64,000 bases of DNA from an uncultured Candidatus Saccharibacteria bacterium (GCA_964585065.1 CAZPCB010000003.1:67776-131775), one strand, 5' to 3'; shown: positions 20,392 to 31,625, numbered from the stretch's first letter. Notes: generated by a model not told the origin, from the letters alone. Made by a program: numbers and translations.

Positions 20392-21213
20392 TTATGTTAA
20401 TTGATGTGGATTAGAGCGTAGCCAAGTTTTTAGGAAAAATGTAATACCATCTTGAATATGTATCCAATATGCTTTACTGAATAGGAGTTTTAGAAATATT
20501 CCATTTTGACTTGATTTTCTATGATAATGATACATTTGTACTTCTGGATAATATACAACTTTTTTTCCTATTGACCAAATTTGCCATGCAAAATAGGTGT
20601 CGGACAAATACAAGAACATGTCCTCATCCAAATATCCTATTTCCTCTACAGTGGCTTTCGGGAACATATAGGCAGCTCCCAATACCCAATCCACTTCTTT
20701 AATTGAATTATGATCCCAATCAATCATACGAAAGCGAGCCAAAGCCTTTTTTGCAAATGGTAATAGCCCTATTGGAGTTCTGCGATAAAGAGCTATAAAT
20801 GGTGTTAAAAAGCGATAACTAGACTCCTGAATAGAACCATCAAAATTTAAAAGTTGTGGTGAAATCAGTCCAACTGATGAATTATTATCTAAATACTCTA
20901 CCATTTTCTCTACAATACCAGGCTCAATAAAGGCGTCCGTATTAAGATTAAATATATATTGAGCTTCGGCCTTTTTGACACAAGCATTCACTCCTCTTGT
21001 ATAACCTGTATTATGTAATTGTTTGAGAAATATAGTCTCTGGATATTTACTGATTATTTCCTCCTCCACTTCCTCAGCATCTCGAGAAGCATTATCTAAA
21101 ACAATAATTTGAAATGGTACACTAATATGAGCCTGATAAATTTTTTTCAAACAATAGAATAATAAATCCTTAGTATTATAATTGACAATAGTTAATGCCA
21201 CCTTATATTTCAT
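20392..21213 (-). CDS. Family 2 glycosyltransferase
   Basis: N-terminal VALTIVNYNTKDLL...IIVLDNASRD (GT2 A-type fold motifs). Confidence 0.7.
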   Translation of the reverse strand: MKYKVALTIVNYNTKDLLFYCLKKIYQAHISVPFQIIVLDNASRDAEEVEEEIISKYPETIFLKQLHNTGYTRGVNACVKKAEAQYIFNLNTDAFIEPGIVEKMVEYLDNNSSVGLISPQLLNFDGSIQESSYRFLTPFIALYRRTPIGLLPFAKKALARFRMIDWDHNSIKEVDWVLGAAYMFPKATVEEIGYLDEDMFLYLSDTYFAWQIWSIGKKVVYYPEVQMYHYHRKSSQNGIFLKLLFSKAYWIHIQDGITFFLKTWLRSNPHQLT

Positions 21214-21214
21214 A

Positions 21215-22273
21215 TTATTTTTTCGTATCTTGAATTTCTACTGCAGGAAAAATATTTTGAATATCTTTTTGGAATGCATTGAAATTCCCTGTTTTTGGTA
21301 TAATCACATACCCTATTCCTGGCTCTGTCTTTGAGGTAAAAGGTCCATCAGCAGAAGTATCATATCCTTTTTGAATCATGGCATTAAGATCAAATTCACT
21401 TAAGGTATTTACTGTAGTTTTTAATTCATCTAATGTCATAGTTGTCTTAACATGACTTCCTAAATTATTCAATAAATTAACTAAAAATACTGGATTTTTT
21501 AAAGCCCCTGTTTGCTCAGCCTTATCCTTAATTGCAGTTAATACTTCTCTTTGTCTCCGAGAACGATCAAAATCATTGCTACTTAATCGCGCCCATACAT
21601 ATTTAAGAGCTCTATCACTATTCAAATCATTAGGTCCTTTTTTGACTCTAATCCCCCCTTCATAATTAGGGTCATAAAAGTCACTGGCAGCATTTACTGT
21701 TATTCCCCCTAATGAATCTATAATTCCCTTAAATGCTACAAAATCTACGCTAATTCCATAATGCATAGGTAGTCCCGTTATCTCTGTTAATGTATTCATA
21801 GTATATTGTAACCCTTGTGGAGGTTTTTGTTGTGATCCTATCGCATGTATAGAATTAAGCTTTCCATAATTTTTTGTATTTGGAATTTGAACTCGTAAAT
21901 CTCGTGGTATTGATATCATAGCCACCTGTTTGGTATCATTTTTAATAGAAATAATCATAATAGAATCTGATAATAATCCTCCATTTGGATCATTTTCTCC
22001 ACGCATACCTAATAATACGATATTAGTTCTTCCATTATCTGACTTTAATTCTTTACTTGCAGCTCCTGGTAATAAAGAGCGGGCTGTATCAAAAATAGAC
22101 TTTTTTTCTCCTGTAATATTATTAATAGACTGATTGGCCTGATATCCAATATATCCAAGTACTGCTATTGCAATAAATAACATCACCCCTAATATAATTA
22201 AGGTTATTTTTTTCCAAGATTTTATTTTTTTCTTGGTTTTATGATGCTCATTTGTAGGAATAATTTTTCTCAT
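21215..22273 (-). CDS. LytR-CpsA-Psr (LCP) family cell-wall polymer transferase
   Basis: N-terminal transmembrane helix, then NIVLLGMRGEND...LSDSIMIISI (LCP core). Confidence 0.7.
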   Translation of the reverse strand: MRKIIPTNEHHKTKKKIKSWKKITLIILGVMLFIAIAVLGYIGYQANQSINNITGEKKSIFDTARSLLPGAASKELKSDNGRTNIVLLGMRGENDPNGGLLSDSIMIISIKNDTKQVAMISIPRDLRVQIPNTKNYGKLNSIHAIGSQQKPPQGLQYTMNTLTEITGLPMHYGISVDFVAFKGIIDSLGGITVNAASDFYDPNYEGGIRVKKGPNDLNSDRALKYVWARLSSNDFDRSRRQREVLTAIKDKAEQTGALKNPVFLVNLLNNLGSHVKTTMTLDELKTTVNTLSEFDLNAMIQKGYDTSADGPFTSKTEPGIGYVIIPKTGNFNAFQKDIQNIFPAVEIQDTKK

Positions 22274-23388
22274 AATGTATATACTTTTTTAATCACATCA
22301 AGGGTTTCTCTTGCACATTGCTGCCAAGAAAATTGCTTTACTCGATCTAATCCTTTTTGCCGTAATTTTTGCCTTAAATTTGAATCAGTACATATATTGT
22401 CTAATACTTTTGCCATATCGTCAATATCATGGGGATCAAATGAAAGACTAGCCTCCCCCCCCACCTCCACTAGACTGGGGGTATTTGAGACAAGCGTAGG
22501 AACTCCACAAGCCATTGCTTCTAGTATAGGCAAGCCAAACCCTTCATAAAAACTTGGTAATATAAAAGACTGAGCCCCCCATAATAATGGGGCTAATTCT
22601 GCGTCTTCAAATCTTCCTGTAAAAATAATATCTTCTCTATAATCATCCCCAATATCCTTCATGACCTCTTCAACCATCCAAGCTTTTGCCCCAGCAATTA
22701 CTAATTGTTGAATATGTGTCGTATGTAGACGCAATTGCTGATAGGCTTTAATTAAACCCTGAATATTTTTACGAGGTTGTACATTTCCAATATAGAGTAT
22801 ATAAGGTTTTGTAATGCCATACTTCACCTTGACTTCATCTACTCTTTGCTGTTCCCCTTCTTTCATTAATCGAAATCTATCTGTATCTACCCCATGATAT
22901 ACCACCGTGATAAGACTAGGGTCAATATGATAAAACTTGATAATATCTTGTTTAGTAGCCTCAGTAATTGCAATAAGATGGTCTGCCTTGGTAATAGCCT
23001 CTTTGACATATAATTTATGTAAGAAAGCGTCCCTTACGGGGAATGTTTCAGGATAAAGAAGGAAAGCTAAATCATGAATAGTAACAACAGATTTTTGTTT
23101 ACGTGGCTTTAAGAATGGAAGCATTTGAATGGGCATAAACAAAATATCTGGCCTGTCACGCCGCAATAAAAAGGGGAATACTCTTTGTGTCCACATAAAA
23201 GGAGCCTGATTCACTTTATGTTCAAAATTAGGAGCTTCTACTCTTTTCCCATTGGGTTTATTATAATAAAACATATATTGATTTTCTGTATCAATATCCC
23301 GAAGACCTCGAAATAAATTAAGCATATAGGTTTGATTCCCATCTTCTCTTTCTTGACATAAATGTGAGGCATGTACTGCAATTTTCAT
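22270..23388 (-). CDS. Family 4 (GT-B) glycosyltransferase
   Basis: C-terminal EX7E-type region PSFYEGFGLPILEAMACGVPTLVS. Confidence 0.8.
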   Translation of the reverse strand: MKIAVHASHLCQEREDGNQTYMLNLFRGLRDIDTENQYMFYYNKPNGKRVEAPNFEHKVNQAPFMWTQRVFPFLLRRDRPDILFMPIQMLPFLKPRKQKSVVTIHDLAFLLYPETFPVRDAFLHKLYVKEAITKADHLIAITEATKQDIIKFYHIDPSLITVVYHGVDTDRFRLMKEGEQQRVDEVKVKYGITKPYILYIGNVQPRKNIQGLIKAYQQLRLHTTHIQQLVIAGAKAWMVEEVMKDIGDDYREDIIFTGRFEDAELAPLLWGAQSFILPSFYEGFGLPILEAMACGVPTLVSNTPSLVEVGGEASLSFDPHDIDDMAKVLDNICTDSNLRQKLRQKGLDRVKQFSWQQCARETLDVIKKVYTL

Positions 23389-24455
23389 GAATTCTTTGTA
23401 TTATTTTCAAGAGCTTGTATTCCAGGTAATTGCCCTTTTTGAGCTATATATTCTAGCATAGCTCCACCCCCAGTTGAGATAAAATCTATTTTTGATTCTT
23501 GATGTAAATTATAAATTTCATCTACCGTTTCTCCCCCACCAAGTACGGAATAACTCGATTCATTCTGAGCAATAGCTTCCGCTATATATTGAGTTCCCTC
23601 ATCATAGGGTTTTTTCTCAAAATAACCCAAAGGACCATTCCAAACAATAGTTGCAGCTTTATGAATATATTCCCCAAACAATGCTCTTGTTTTTGGGCCA
23701 ATATCATATTTTTCTACCCCTACAAAATCAATGGGTAATATAATTTTTTCACTTTGCGCCTGACCATATTCTTCAAGATATTCATTAGCAATTTTCCCTC
23801 CCACCAATATATAGTCAAATATTTCTTCTAGTACTGAAATTACTGGTAATTTTGTTGAAATTTTTGCTCCTCCAATAATTGCTATTGCAGGTGTATCCGG
23901 ACTTATTAGTATACGATTCAACACTTCAATTTCCTGAGCTAATTGTAGTCCCGCAAAGGATGGAAGATATTCTGTAATAGCTGATACGGAAGCATGCTTT
24001 CGATGAGATACAGAAAAAGCATCGTTAATATATATATCCCCAAATTGGGCTAAGAGATGAGCAAATTCTTTATCATTTACCTCTTCTCCAGCATCAAAAC
24101 GAATATTTTCTAAAAAAACTATTTCTCCTGTCTTAAGATTTGAAATAATATCTGCATTAACTTCACGTATTGGTTTATCGATAAATGTTACTGGGAATTC
24201 CCCCAATTCTCCTAATACTTGCGCAATATATTTCAAAGATAATCCTTCAATTCCTGATTCTTGAGGACTTCCAAGATGAGCAATTAATATAATTTTTGCC
24301 TCTTTTTCTCGAAAATATTGAATGGTCGCTAAAGCTTTTTTAATACGAAAAGTATCCTGAGGATATCCTTCAGCATTAACTGGTTCATTAACATCAATTC
24401 GTATTAAAACTTTTTTTCCTTTGAGAGAATAAGGAATATCTTGAATATATCTCAT
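23385..24455 (-). CDS. pgk: Phosphoglycerate kinase
   Basis: N-terminus KKVLIRIDVNEPV and C-terminal STGGGAMLE. Confidence 0.85.
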   Translation of the reverse strand: MRYIQDIPYSLKGKKVLIRIDVNEPVNAEGYPQDTFRIKKALATIQYFREKEAKIILIAHLGSPQESGIEGLSLKYIAQVLGELGEFPVTFIDKPIREVNADIISNLKTGEIVFLENIRFDAGEEVNDKEFAHLLAQFGDIYINDAFSVSHRKHASVSAITEYLPSFAGLQLAQEIEVLNRILISPDTPAIAIIGGAKISTKLPVISVLEEIFDYILVGGKIANEYLEEYGQAQSEKIILPIDFVGVEKYDIGPKTRALFGEYIHKAATIVWNGPLGYFEKKPYDEGTQYIAEAIAQNESSYSVLGGGETVDEIYNLHQESKIDFISTGGGAMLEYIAQKGQLPGIQALENNTKNS

Positions 24456-24546
24456 ATATTATTAGTATAACATAGGGGGCAACTATTGGCCATATGGTTT
24501 AGACAGCCTCAAAACTATATGATATACTAAATCATATAAATATGCC

Positions 24547-27537
24547 ATGGCTTCAATAAATAAACAATCAAATCGCCAAAGTTTTCGAGAAAAACTCCAG
24601 ACCAATACAGCTGCGGGGTCAAATTTAACATTAATTCGAAAAAAAGAAGAGGAATTAGCTACACAAAGAAAAGCTGATTCTCTTGGTATTGCCTATATTA
24701 ATTTGAAATTCATTCCTATTAATCCTGATGCTCTTAAAATCTTGACTCGTGAACAAGCCCAGAAGGCTGGTATGATTATATTTCAACGCTCAGGAATTCA
24801 TCTCAAAATTGCTATTGGAGATATTAATAATATTCTTACAAAAACAGTTTTACAACAATTTTATCAAAAAGAATATCAAATAGAACTATATTTGGTATCA
24901 AAATATAGTCTTGAAAAAGGATATGCTTCTTATGATTTTCTGCAGGATAGAGGACAAATTGTAAAAGATAGACTACTTATTCCAGAGTATATGATAGAAG
25001 ATACTCAGAGTGATATTGTAAAACTGGAAGATTTTGCTCAAAAAATTAATTCCGTAGAAACTTCAGAATTAATTCAAATGATTTGTGCAGGAGCTATATC
25101 CTCTTTTGCTAGCGATATACATATTGAACCCAAAGGATCTTTTACTCGTCTTCGTTATCGTATTGATGGAGTTTTACAAGATATTTTAAATTTTGATGCT
25201 AATCTTTATAAATCTCTCATATCCCGTATCAAGAATCTTGCATCATTAGTGCTTAATGTTAAAAGCACTTCACAAGATGGACGATTTAGTATTGTGATTG
25301 TCGATAAAGATGGTGCTAATAAACAAACTATTGATGTAAGAGTTTCTATATTGCCGAGTAAAACAGGAGAAATTATTGTAATGCGATTATTGAATACCGA
25401 AATTCACAATTTAGATATTTATTCATTTGGAATTAGACCACCCTTTCTAGATATTATTTTAAGAAATCTTGAGAAATCCCAAGGTATGATTATGTTATCA
25501 GGGCCTACAGGATCAGGAAAAACTACCAGTCTTTATTCTTTTCTAAATTATATAAATAGAAGTGAGACCAATATTATTACTCTTGAGGACCCAATTGAAT
25601 ATCGATTACAAAATATCAATCAAACTCAAGTTGATATTAAAAAGGGATATACTTTTGCTAATGGATTAAAAGCCATCGTAAGACAAGACCCCGATGTGAT
25701 TATGATTGGAGAAATTAGAGACAATGATACTGCCAATATTGCAGTGAATGCTTCTATTACTGGTCATCTCGTATTCTCTACTATCCACACCAATGATTCC
25801 GTAGGTATTGTAACCAGATTACAAGAATTTGATGTAGCCCCCCCACTTATTATATCTGCCATGAATTTATTTATTGCTCAAAGATTATTGCGGCGATTAT
25901 GTGAATGTAAAGAGGAATATATTCCATCAGAGGAAGAGGTCACCACAATTAATCATGCTCTTGCTATTATTTCTCCTAAATCTAATATAACCATACCCAA
26001 AGAAGTAACTAAATTATATAAACCCAAAGGTTGTCCCAAATGTTATGGGATTGGATATAAAGGGCGTCTTGCTATTTATGAGTTATTTGAAGCTCGTGAC
26101 AATATTAAAGAATTAATTAGTAATAATATCCCTGAATTCAAAATATTTCGTAAAGCTATAGAAAATGGAATGGTAACCTTATTCCAAGATGGAATTCTGC
26201 ATGCTATTGATGGAGAAACTTCATTTGAAGAAGTCTTAGCTGTAGCTGGGGATATAAATTATATTGAAGAATTATATGAGTCAACCCTTACGTCAGCATT
26301 ATCTCGTGGAATTCATATAAAAGCAAGTAATACCCCTCCTCAAATTAGTCAATTGTCTGAGTCTATGTCAATTAATGATCAATTAACTACTATTACTACG
26401 GCAGCCCTCTCAAAAAGAGCTACTGATATTCACCTTGAGCCTGATGAGGGGGATTTGATTATACGATTTCGTATTGATGGAGTTTTGTATGAAGAAGCTC
26501 GTATTCCAAAATCTCTTTATCCTCAAATTTTAACCCAAATCAAAATATTCTCAGGTCTAGCTCTGGATATTAGCAATACTATTCAGGAGGGAAGATTTAC
26601 TATTTTTGCTGAGAAAAATTTTGATGTAAGAGTTTCTATTATTCCTGGAGGATATGGTCAAACTATTGTACTTCGTATTTTAAGATCAGATATTGCAAGT
26701 CTTGGGCTTAAAGATCTTGGAATGGATGAATATAATATTGGGCTCCTCAAAGCTCAACTCAAAGCAACTACTGGGCTTATACTGGTAACAGGCCCTACTA
26801 GTGCTGGGAAATCGACAACACTTTATGCAACACTTAATACCCTCAATCAGCCTGGGGTGAAAATTATTACCATTGAAGATCCAATTGAATATAAATTATC
26901 AGGAATTCTCCAAACGAGTATTAATGAAGAGACTGGTTATAGTTTTCCCAATGCTATTAGAGCTTTATTGAGACAAAACCCTAATATTGTGCTTATTGGA
27001 GAAATTCGAGATAATGAAACTGCTAAAGTTGCTATGCAAACAGCAGCAACGGGACATCTTTTGCTATCTACTTTGCATACTAATGATGCTGCTTCTGCAA
27101 TTTTGAGATTATATGATTTGGGTGTTGGTCTTTCTGAAATTGCTGCCTTTGTTAATGTTACTATTGCTCAACGTATTATTCGTAAACTTGACCCAGCTAC
27201 CGCTACTCCTATCACTTTAACTGATGAACAAAAAGATATTATTCGCTCTAAATTACCAGAACATTATCATAATCTTATTCCTGATACTATATTACAAGCT
27301 AATTCAAGCCCCGATCATCCCGATGGGTATCTTGGTATTATGGCTATATTTGAAGTACTTGTTATTAGTCCTACTATTAAAGAAATTATTATTAGTCAGG
27401 CCTCCACAGCTCGTATTAAAGATTTAGCTATTAAAGAGGGCATGACAACCTTGGAAGTTTCTGGTATTCTAAAGGTATTAGATCATACTACTGATTTTGC
27501 TGAAATTGAACGGGTATTAGGAATTACAGTATTATAA
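24547..27537 (+). CDS. pilB: Type IV pilus/type II secretion assembly ATPase with two complete GspE/PilB ATPase cores fused in tandem (996 aa)
   Basis: N-terminal T2SSE_N-like domain, then core 1 with Walker A GPTGSGKTT, Asp box ITLEDPIEY, Walker B VIMIGEIRD, His box TGHLVFSTIHTND and a tetracysteine CECK...CPKC. A second core follows with GPTSAGKST, ITIEDPIEY, IVLIGEIRD and TGHLLLSTLHTND, and no Cys4. No stop or frameshift lies between them. Confidence 0.85.
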   Translation: MASINKQSNRQSFREKLQTNTAAGSNLTLIRKKEEELATQRKADSLGIAYINLKFIPINPDALKILTREQAQKAGMIIFQRSGIHLKIAIGDINNILTKTVLQQFYQKEYQIELYLVSKYSLEKGYASYDFLQDRGQIVKDRLLIPEYMIEDTQSDIVKLEDFAQKINSVETSELIQMICAGAISSFASDIHIEPKGSFTRLRYRIDGVLQDILNFDANLYKSLISRIKNLASLVLNVKSTSQDGRFSIVIVDKDGANKQTIDVRVSILPSKTGEIIVMRLLNTEIHNLDIYSFGIRPPFLDIILRNLEKSQGMIMLSGPTGSGKTTSLYSFLNYINRSETNIITLEDPIEYRLQNINQTQVDIKKGYTFANGLKAIVRQDPDVIMIGEIRDNDTANIAVNASITGHLVFSTIHTNDSVGIVTRLQEFDVAPPLIISAMNLFIAQRLLRRLCECKEEYIPSEEEVTTINHALAIISPKSNITIPKEVTKLYKPKGCPKCYGIGYKGRLAIYELFEARDNIKELISNNIPEFKIFRKAIENGMVTLFQDGILHAIDGETSFEEVLAVAGDINYIEELYESTLTSALSRGIHIKASNTPPQISQLSESMSINDQLTTITTAALSKRATDIHLEPDEGDLIIRFRIDGVLYEEARIPKSLYPQILTQIKIFSGLALDISNTIQEGRFTIFAEKNFDVRVSIIPGGYGQTIVLRILRSDIASLGLKDLGMDEYNIGLLKAQLKATTGLILVTGPTSAGKSTTLYATLNTLNQPGVKIITIEDPIEYKLSGILQTSINEETGYSFPNAIRALLRQNPNIVLIGEIRDNETAKVAMQTAATGHLLLSTLHTNDAASAILRLYDLGVGLSEIAAFVNVTIAQRIIRKLDPATATPITLTDEQKDIIRSKLPEHYHNLIPDTILQANSSPDHPDGYLGIMAIFEVLVISPTIKEIIISQASTARIKDLAIKEGMTTLEVSGILKVLDHTTDFAEIERVLGITVL

Positions 27538-27538
27538 T

Positions 27539-27973
27539 ATGAGTATACTTTCTCAATCCATAACACAAACACAAGAAATTGCCCAAACTCTTGCGCAAGA
27601 GGTATTAGAAGGCTCAAAACCTCGGCTCATATTACTTGATGGGGAACTTGGAGGGGGGAAAACAACATTTAGTCAGGGATTCCTAAAAGCACTTGGTATT
27701 ACTCAAACGGTCAATAGCCCAACTTTTGTAATTATGAAACCCTATACTATTCCAAATTCAGAATATACGGTATATCATTTTGATTTATATCGCCTCGAGC
27801 AAGAGTGGGAAGTATTGGAACTCGGCATTAATGATATATTACAAAACTCTCAATCTATACTTCTGATTGAATGGGCTAATAAAACTCCTCATCTCTGGGA
27901 GAATATCCCCCATATTCAAATTACTTTTAATGTAATAAGCCCTCAGGAAAGATCTATTATTATTCAATCCTAA
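27539..27973 (+). CDS. tsaE: tRNA t6A37 threonylcarbamoyladenosine biosynthesis protein TsaE
   Basis: P-loop LDGELGGGKTTF...SPTF.I, which is YjeE-like. Confidence 0.8.
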   Translation: MSILSQSITQTQEIAQTLAQEVLEGSKPRLILLDGELGGGKTTFSQGFLKALGITQTVNSPTFVIMKPYTIPNSEYTVYHFDLYRLEQEWEVLELGINDILQNSQSILLIEWANKTPHLWENIPHIQITFNVISPQERSIIIQS

Positions 27974-27977
27974 TATT

Positions 27978-28940
27978 ATGAGTTATCAATGTGCTATTCT
28001 TGGAGATATTTCACTTGATAGATTTTTATTATTACCTGAAACACCTATTATACCTTCCCCGAATAATCCAGGAAATTTTGTATTTAATTTAGAATTAGGT
28101 CAAAAAATTCCTATCTCTGATATATATGAATCTCTTGGGGGAAATGCTTATAATATTGCCTATGGTTTAACATTATTACAAATATCATCCGCTCTTATTG
28201 CCTCAGTCGGTAATGATGAATTATCTCAATACATTGTGAATACTATTGCTGAATCTCATATTAATACTGATCATATAGATATTTCAGAAGACTCCGGTAT
28301 TAATCAATCTACTATTCTCTCCCTGTCAGGAGAGCGAGTCGTATTATCTTATCATACTCCCAAGAATTATAATTCTATACAAATTCCAGAAGCTGACTGG
28401 CTATATATTACCTCATTAAGTCATGGATGTGAACCATTATTAGAATCTGTTATTACAGAAAATATCCCTCATAGAATTGCTTTTAATCCAGGATCCTATT
28501 TACTCAAAAATCATTTAGATTTAATACATAATCTTATCCCTAAAATTGAAATTATTTTTGTAAATAAAGAAGAGGCACAATATATTATTAATAATTTTGA
28601 AGAAGAGTCTATACCCAATCTTATTCAAGCTATACATATATTAGGAATACCCATTATTGTGCTCACCGATGGAAATAATGGAGCCTATGTCAGTACTGAG
28701 AATACCATTCTTTATCTACCATCAAGATCAGTTACCGTTGCTGAGACTACAGGGGCGGGAGATGCCTTTGCAGCAGCTTTTCTGGCCTCATTTATTCAAT
28801 CTGATAATATATCTCAATCATTAATATGGGGAATTATTCAATCTTCTGCGGTGCTCCGAGAAGTAGGTTCAGTCAATGGATTATTATCCCTTGAGGAATT
28901 AATATCTATATCCGAGACTCTAAATCCACAAGCTATATGA
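27978..28940 (+). CDS. PfkB/ribokinase family carbohydrate kinase
   Basis: C-terminal TGAGDAFAAAFL motif. Confidence 0.75.
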   Translation: MSYQCAILGDISLDRFLLLPETPIIPSPNNPGNFVFNLELGQKIPISDIYESLGGNAYNIAYGLTLLQISSALIASVGNDELSQYIVNTIAESHINTDHIDISEDSGINQSTILSLSGERVVLSYHTPKNYNSIQIPEADWLYITSLSHGCEPLLESVITENIPHRIAFNPGSYLLKNHLDLIHNLIPKIEIIFVNKEEAQYIINNFEEESIPNLIQAIHILGIPIIVLTDGNNGAYVSTENTILYLPSRSVTVAETTGAGDAFAAAFLASFIQSDNISQSLIWGIIQSSAVLREVGSVNGLLSLEELISISETLNPQAI

Positions 28941-29926
28941 TTTTACAGCTCACAGATATTTCCCCTCAAAATATACCTGAATATTATCAGTTATCAGATT
29001 GGGCTCTATTAATTGCAAAGGATATATTAGCAGTTGAGAGAATATATATTACTGATAATGATAAGCCCGTATTATTTGCACAAGTGTATATATATCATTT
29101 GATTGGATCCTATACTCAATTGTACGTTCCCCGAGGACCAATACTTTATCAAAATACTATAAGTTCAGAGCAAAAAAATGAGTTCTGGGATAATATTAAG
29201 ACCATAGCAAGCAAATATAAATCCGTATTTACCTTAATTGAACCAGGAGAGATCTCCAATACCGAAATATGGGATGATTATACAAAAATTAGCTCTACTG
29301 AAAGACTTCCTCATCAAACTCAAATACTAAATCTCGAGCAAAGTGAAGAAGATTTATTTACATCTATTCATTCTAAAATGCGCTACAATATCAAGCTTGC
29401 TGAACGTAAAGGGGTGAAAATTAAAAAAATTAATAAAGATAATGCTCAATTTGAAACATATTTCAATGCATTTCTTAAACTAATACAAGATACGAGCCAA
29501 AGAGGTAAATTTGCAATACATAATAAAAATCATTATTATCAATTACTTACTCATAATCTTTCCTCTATTCAAACATCACTCATCATTGCTGAATATGAAT
29601 CTACTGTTTTGGCAGCTAATATTATTCTTGATACTCCTAATAGCCGTATATATCTTCATGGGGCTTCCAGTAATCAATATCGTAATCTGATGGCTCCCCC
29701 ACTACTTCAATGGGAATCTATTAAGGAAGCCAGGAAACTTGGTAAAAAAATTTATGATTTTTGGGGAATTTCTACTACAAAAAAAAGCTGGCAGGGAATT
29801 TCTCGTTTTAAAATACAGTTTGGAGGTAAGTCAATTGATTATCCTACAAGCCAAATTATGATTCATAATCATATAGTATTCTCTCTATATAGCGTATTTC
29901 GTAAGTTGAGAGGCAAATCAATTTGA
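28937..29926 (+). CDS. FemAB-family peptidoglycan aminoacyltransferase
   Basis: KMRYNIKLAERKGVKIK and overall FemX-like organisation. Its start overlaps the end of the pfkB-family gene (ATGA). Confidence 0.6.
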   Translation: MILQLTDISPQNIPEYYQLSDWALLIAKDILAVERIYITDNDKPVLFAQVYIYHLIGSYTQLYVPRGPILYQNTISSEQKNEFWDNIKTIASKYKSVFTLIEPGEISNTEIWDDYTKISSTERLPHQTQILNLEQSEEDLFTSIHSKMRYNIKLAERKGVKIKKINKDNAQFETYFNAFLKLIQDTSQRGKFAIHNKNHYYQLLTHNLSSIQTSLIIAEYESTVLAANIILDTPNSRIYLHGASSNQYRNLMAPPLLQWESIKEARKLGKKIYDFWGISTTKKSWQGISRFKIQFGGKSIDYPTSQIMIHNHIVFSLYSVFRKLRGKSI

Positions 29927-29966
29927 TAATATATATAAGCTATAGTACACTATACATAATACATAG

Positions 29967-31619
29967 ATGTCTGATATGCAATTAACTTGGAGTCAAGTAA
30001 AAAAACCTATAATCATCTCAGGAATTAGTCTTGGGGTTATTGCTTTATCTATTGGTGGGACAGCATATGCATATCGTGATTCAATTTATCCCAAAGTATC
30101 TGTACAGGGAATAGATATTAGTTCCAAAAATCTCAAAGAAGCTTTTACTATTTTAGAAGAACAAAATAAAACTTTAAGTGAAAAACCGATACTATTAACC
30201 TATGGAGATCAAGAATATCCTACTAGTTTAGCAGAGCTTGGTATTACTCTAAACACCGATGATACTTTGGTTAAAGCCTATAAAATAAAACGAGAAGGTA
30301 ATATTGTAGAGCTCCTCCAAAAACTTTTTCAACCCATTTCTGTAAATTGGGTATATAGCTCTGATATTGGGAATATAGAATCTTCCCTTGGAGCAAAAGT
30401 CAATCCCGCCCTTAATACCTTAGCCGATGCTAAATTAGATTATATCAATGGACAAGTTACTATTATACCCGAACAAGCGGGAGAAAGTATTGATAACGAA
30501 GCTATTGCTCCTCTTATTATTACTGAGCTCAATAAGGATGAAATCCGTATTGAAATTCCTCTCAAAAAAGAATTACCTGCTATTACCAGTTCTTCTTGGG
30601 AAGCCCAAAAATCTGATTTAGAAAGCTTTCTTATAAAGCATGAGATATTTTTCAATGATACCACTATCACTATCCCCCCTGAAGAAATTGTAACCTGGAT
30701 TACTATTGACCCCACTACTCGTAAACTTGGTATATCTCAAGACACTATTAAAGAATATCTTGAATCGGTACAAAAAACCCTCACTAGTCAACCCATAGAT
30801 GCCAAATTAAGATTTGACCCAGCTACACAGCAAATCAAAATTGTTCAAGAGGGAAAAGAAGGGACTCAATTAATGCTAGAAGAGAGTTCCAGACGTATTC
30901 GAGATGATATATTGGCTGGAGTTGCGAAAACCGAATTATTCGTAGCAATTACCTCACCTCTAATTGATGAGTCCCAATTTGATGTACTTGGACTCAAAAC
31001 ATTACTCGGCAAAGGAGAATCTAATTTTCGTGGATCAAGCAAAAGTCGAATCAAAAACATTAATGTTGCAGCAGATAAAATTTCAAGCACTCTTATTAAG
31101 CCAGGAGAAGAATTTTCTTTTGTGAATACCTTAGGTAAAGTTGATGCTCGTAGTGGATATCTTCCTGAACTCGTAATTAAAGGGAAAAAAACCATACCAG
31201 AATATGGAGGGGGTATTTGCCAGGTATCTACCACCTTATTCCGAGCCGCCCTCAATGCTGGACTTCCTATTACTGCAAGACAAAATCATTCTTATATTGT
31301 TAATTATTATGGGAAGCCAGGTCTTGATGCCACTATTTATATTCCAAAACCTGATTTCAAATTCAAAAATGATACCAATAATTATATTCTCCTTCAACAT
31401 TATATTGTGGGGACAGTTCTCTATTATGAAATTTATGGGACATCAAATGGAAAAACTGCTAAGACCATAGATCCAGTTATTCTCGAATCAAGTCCAGATG
31501 GATCTATGAAAACCGTAGCCTATCGTGAAATTTATGAGGGAGAAAATATGATAAAAAGAGATGCGTTTTATTCCACATATCGCCCACCCAATAAAGCGAC
31601 ATCTAATCCTCTTCAATAA
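29967..31619 (+). CDS. VanW-like protein
   Basis: N-terminal transmembrane helix and C-terminal GGGICQVSTTLFRAALNAGLPITARQNHSY (VanW signature). Confidence 0.75.
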   Translation: MSDMQLTWSQVKKPIIISGISLGVIALSIGGTAYAYRDSIYPKVSVQGIDISSKNLKEAFTILEEQNKTLSEKPILLTYGDQEYPTSLAELGITLNTDDTLVKAYKIKREGNIVELLQKLFQPISVNWVYSSDIGNIESSLGAKVNPALNTLADAKLDYINGQVTIIPEQAGESIDNEAIAPLIITELNKDEIRIEIPLKKELPAITSSSWEAQKSDLESFLIKHEIFFNDTTITIPPEEIVTWITIDPTTRKLGISQDTIKEYLESVQKTLTSQPIDAKLRFDPATQQIKIVQEGKEGTQLMLEESSRRIRDDILAGVAKTELFVAITSPLIDESQFDVLGLKTLLGKGESNFRGSSKSRIKNINVAADKISSTLIKPGEEFSFVNTLGKVDARSGYLPELVIKGKKTIPEYGGGICQVSTTLFRAALNAGLPITARQNHSYIVNYYGKPGLDATIYIPKPDFKFKNDTNNYILLQHYIVGTVLYYEIYGTSNGKTAKTIDPVILESSPDGSMKTVAYREIYEGENMIKRDAFYSTYRPPNKATSNPLQ

Positions 31620-31625
31620 TATTAT

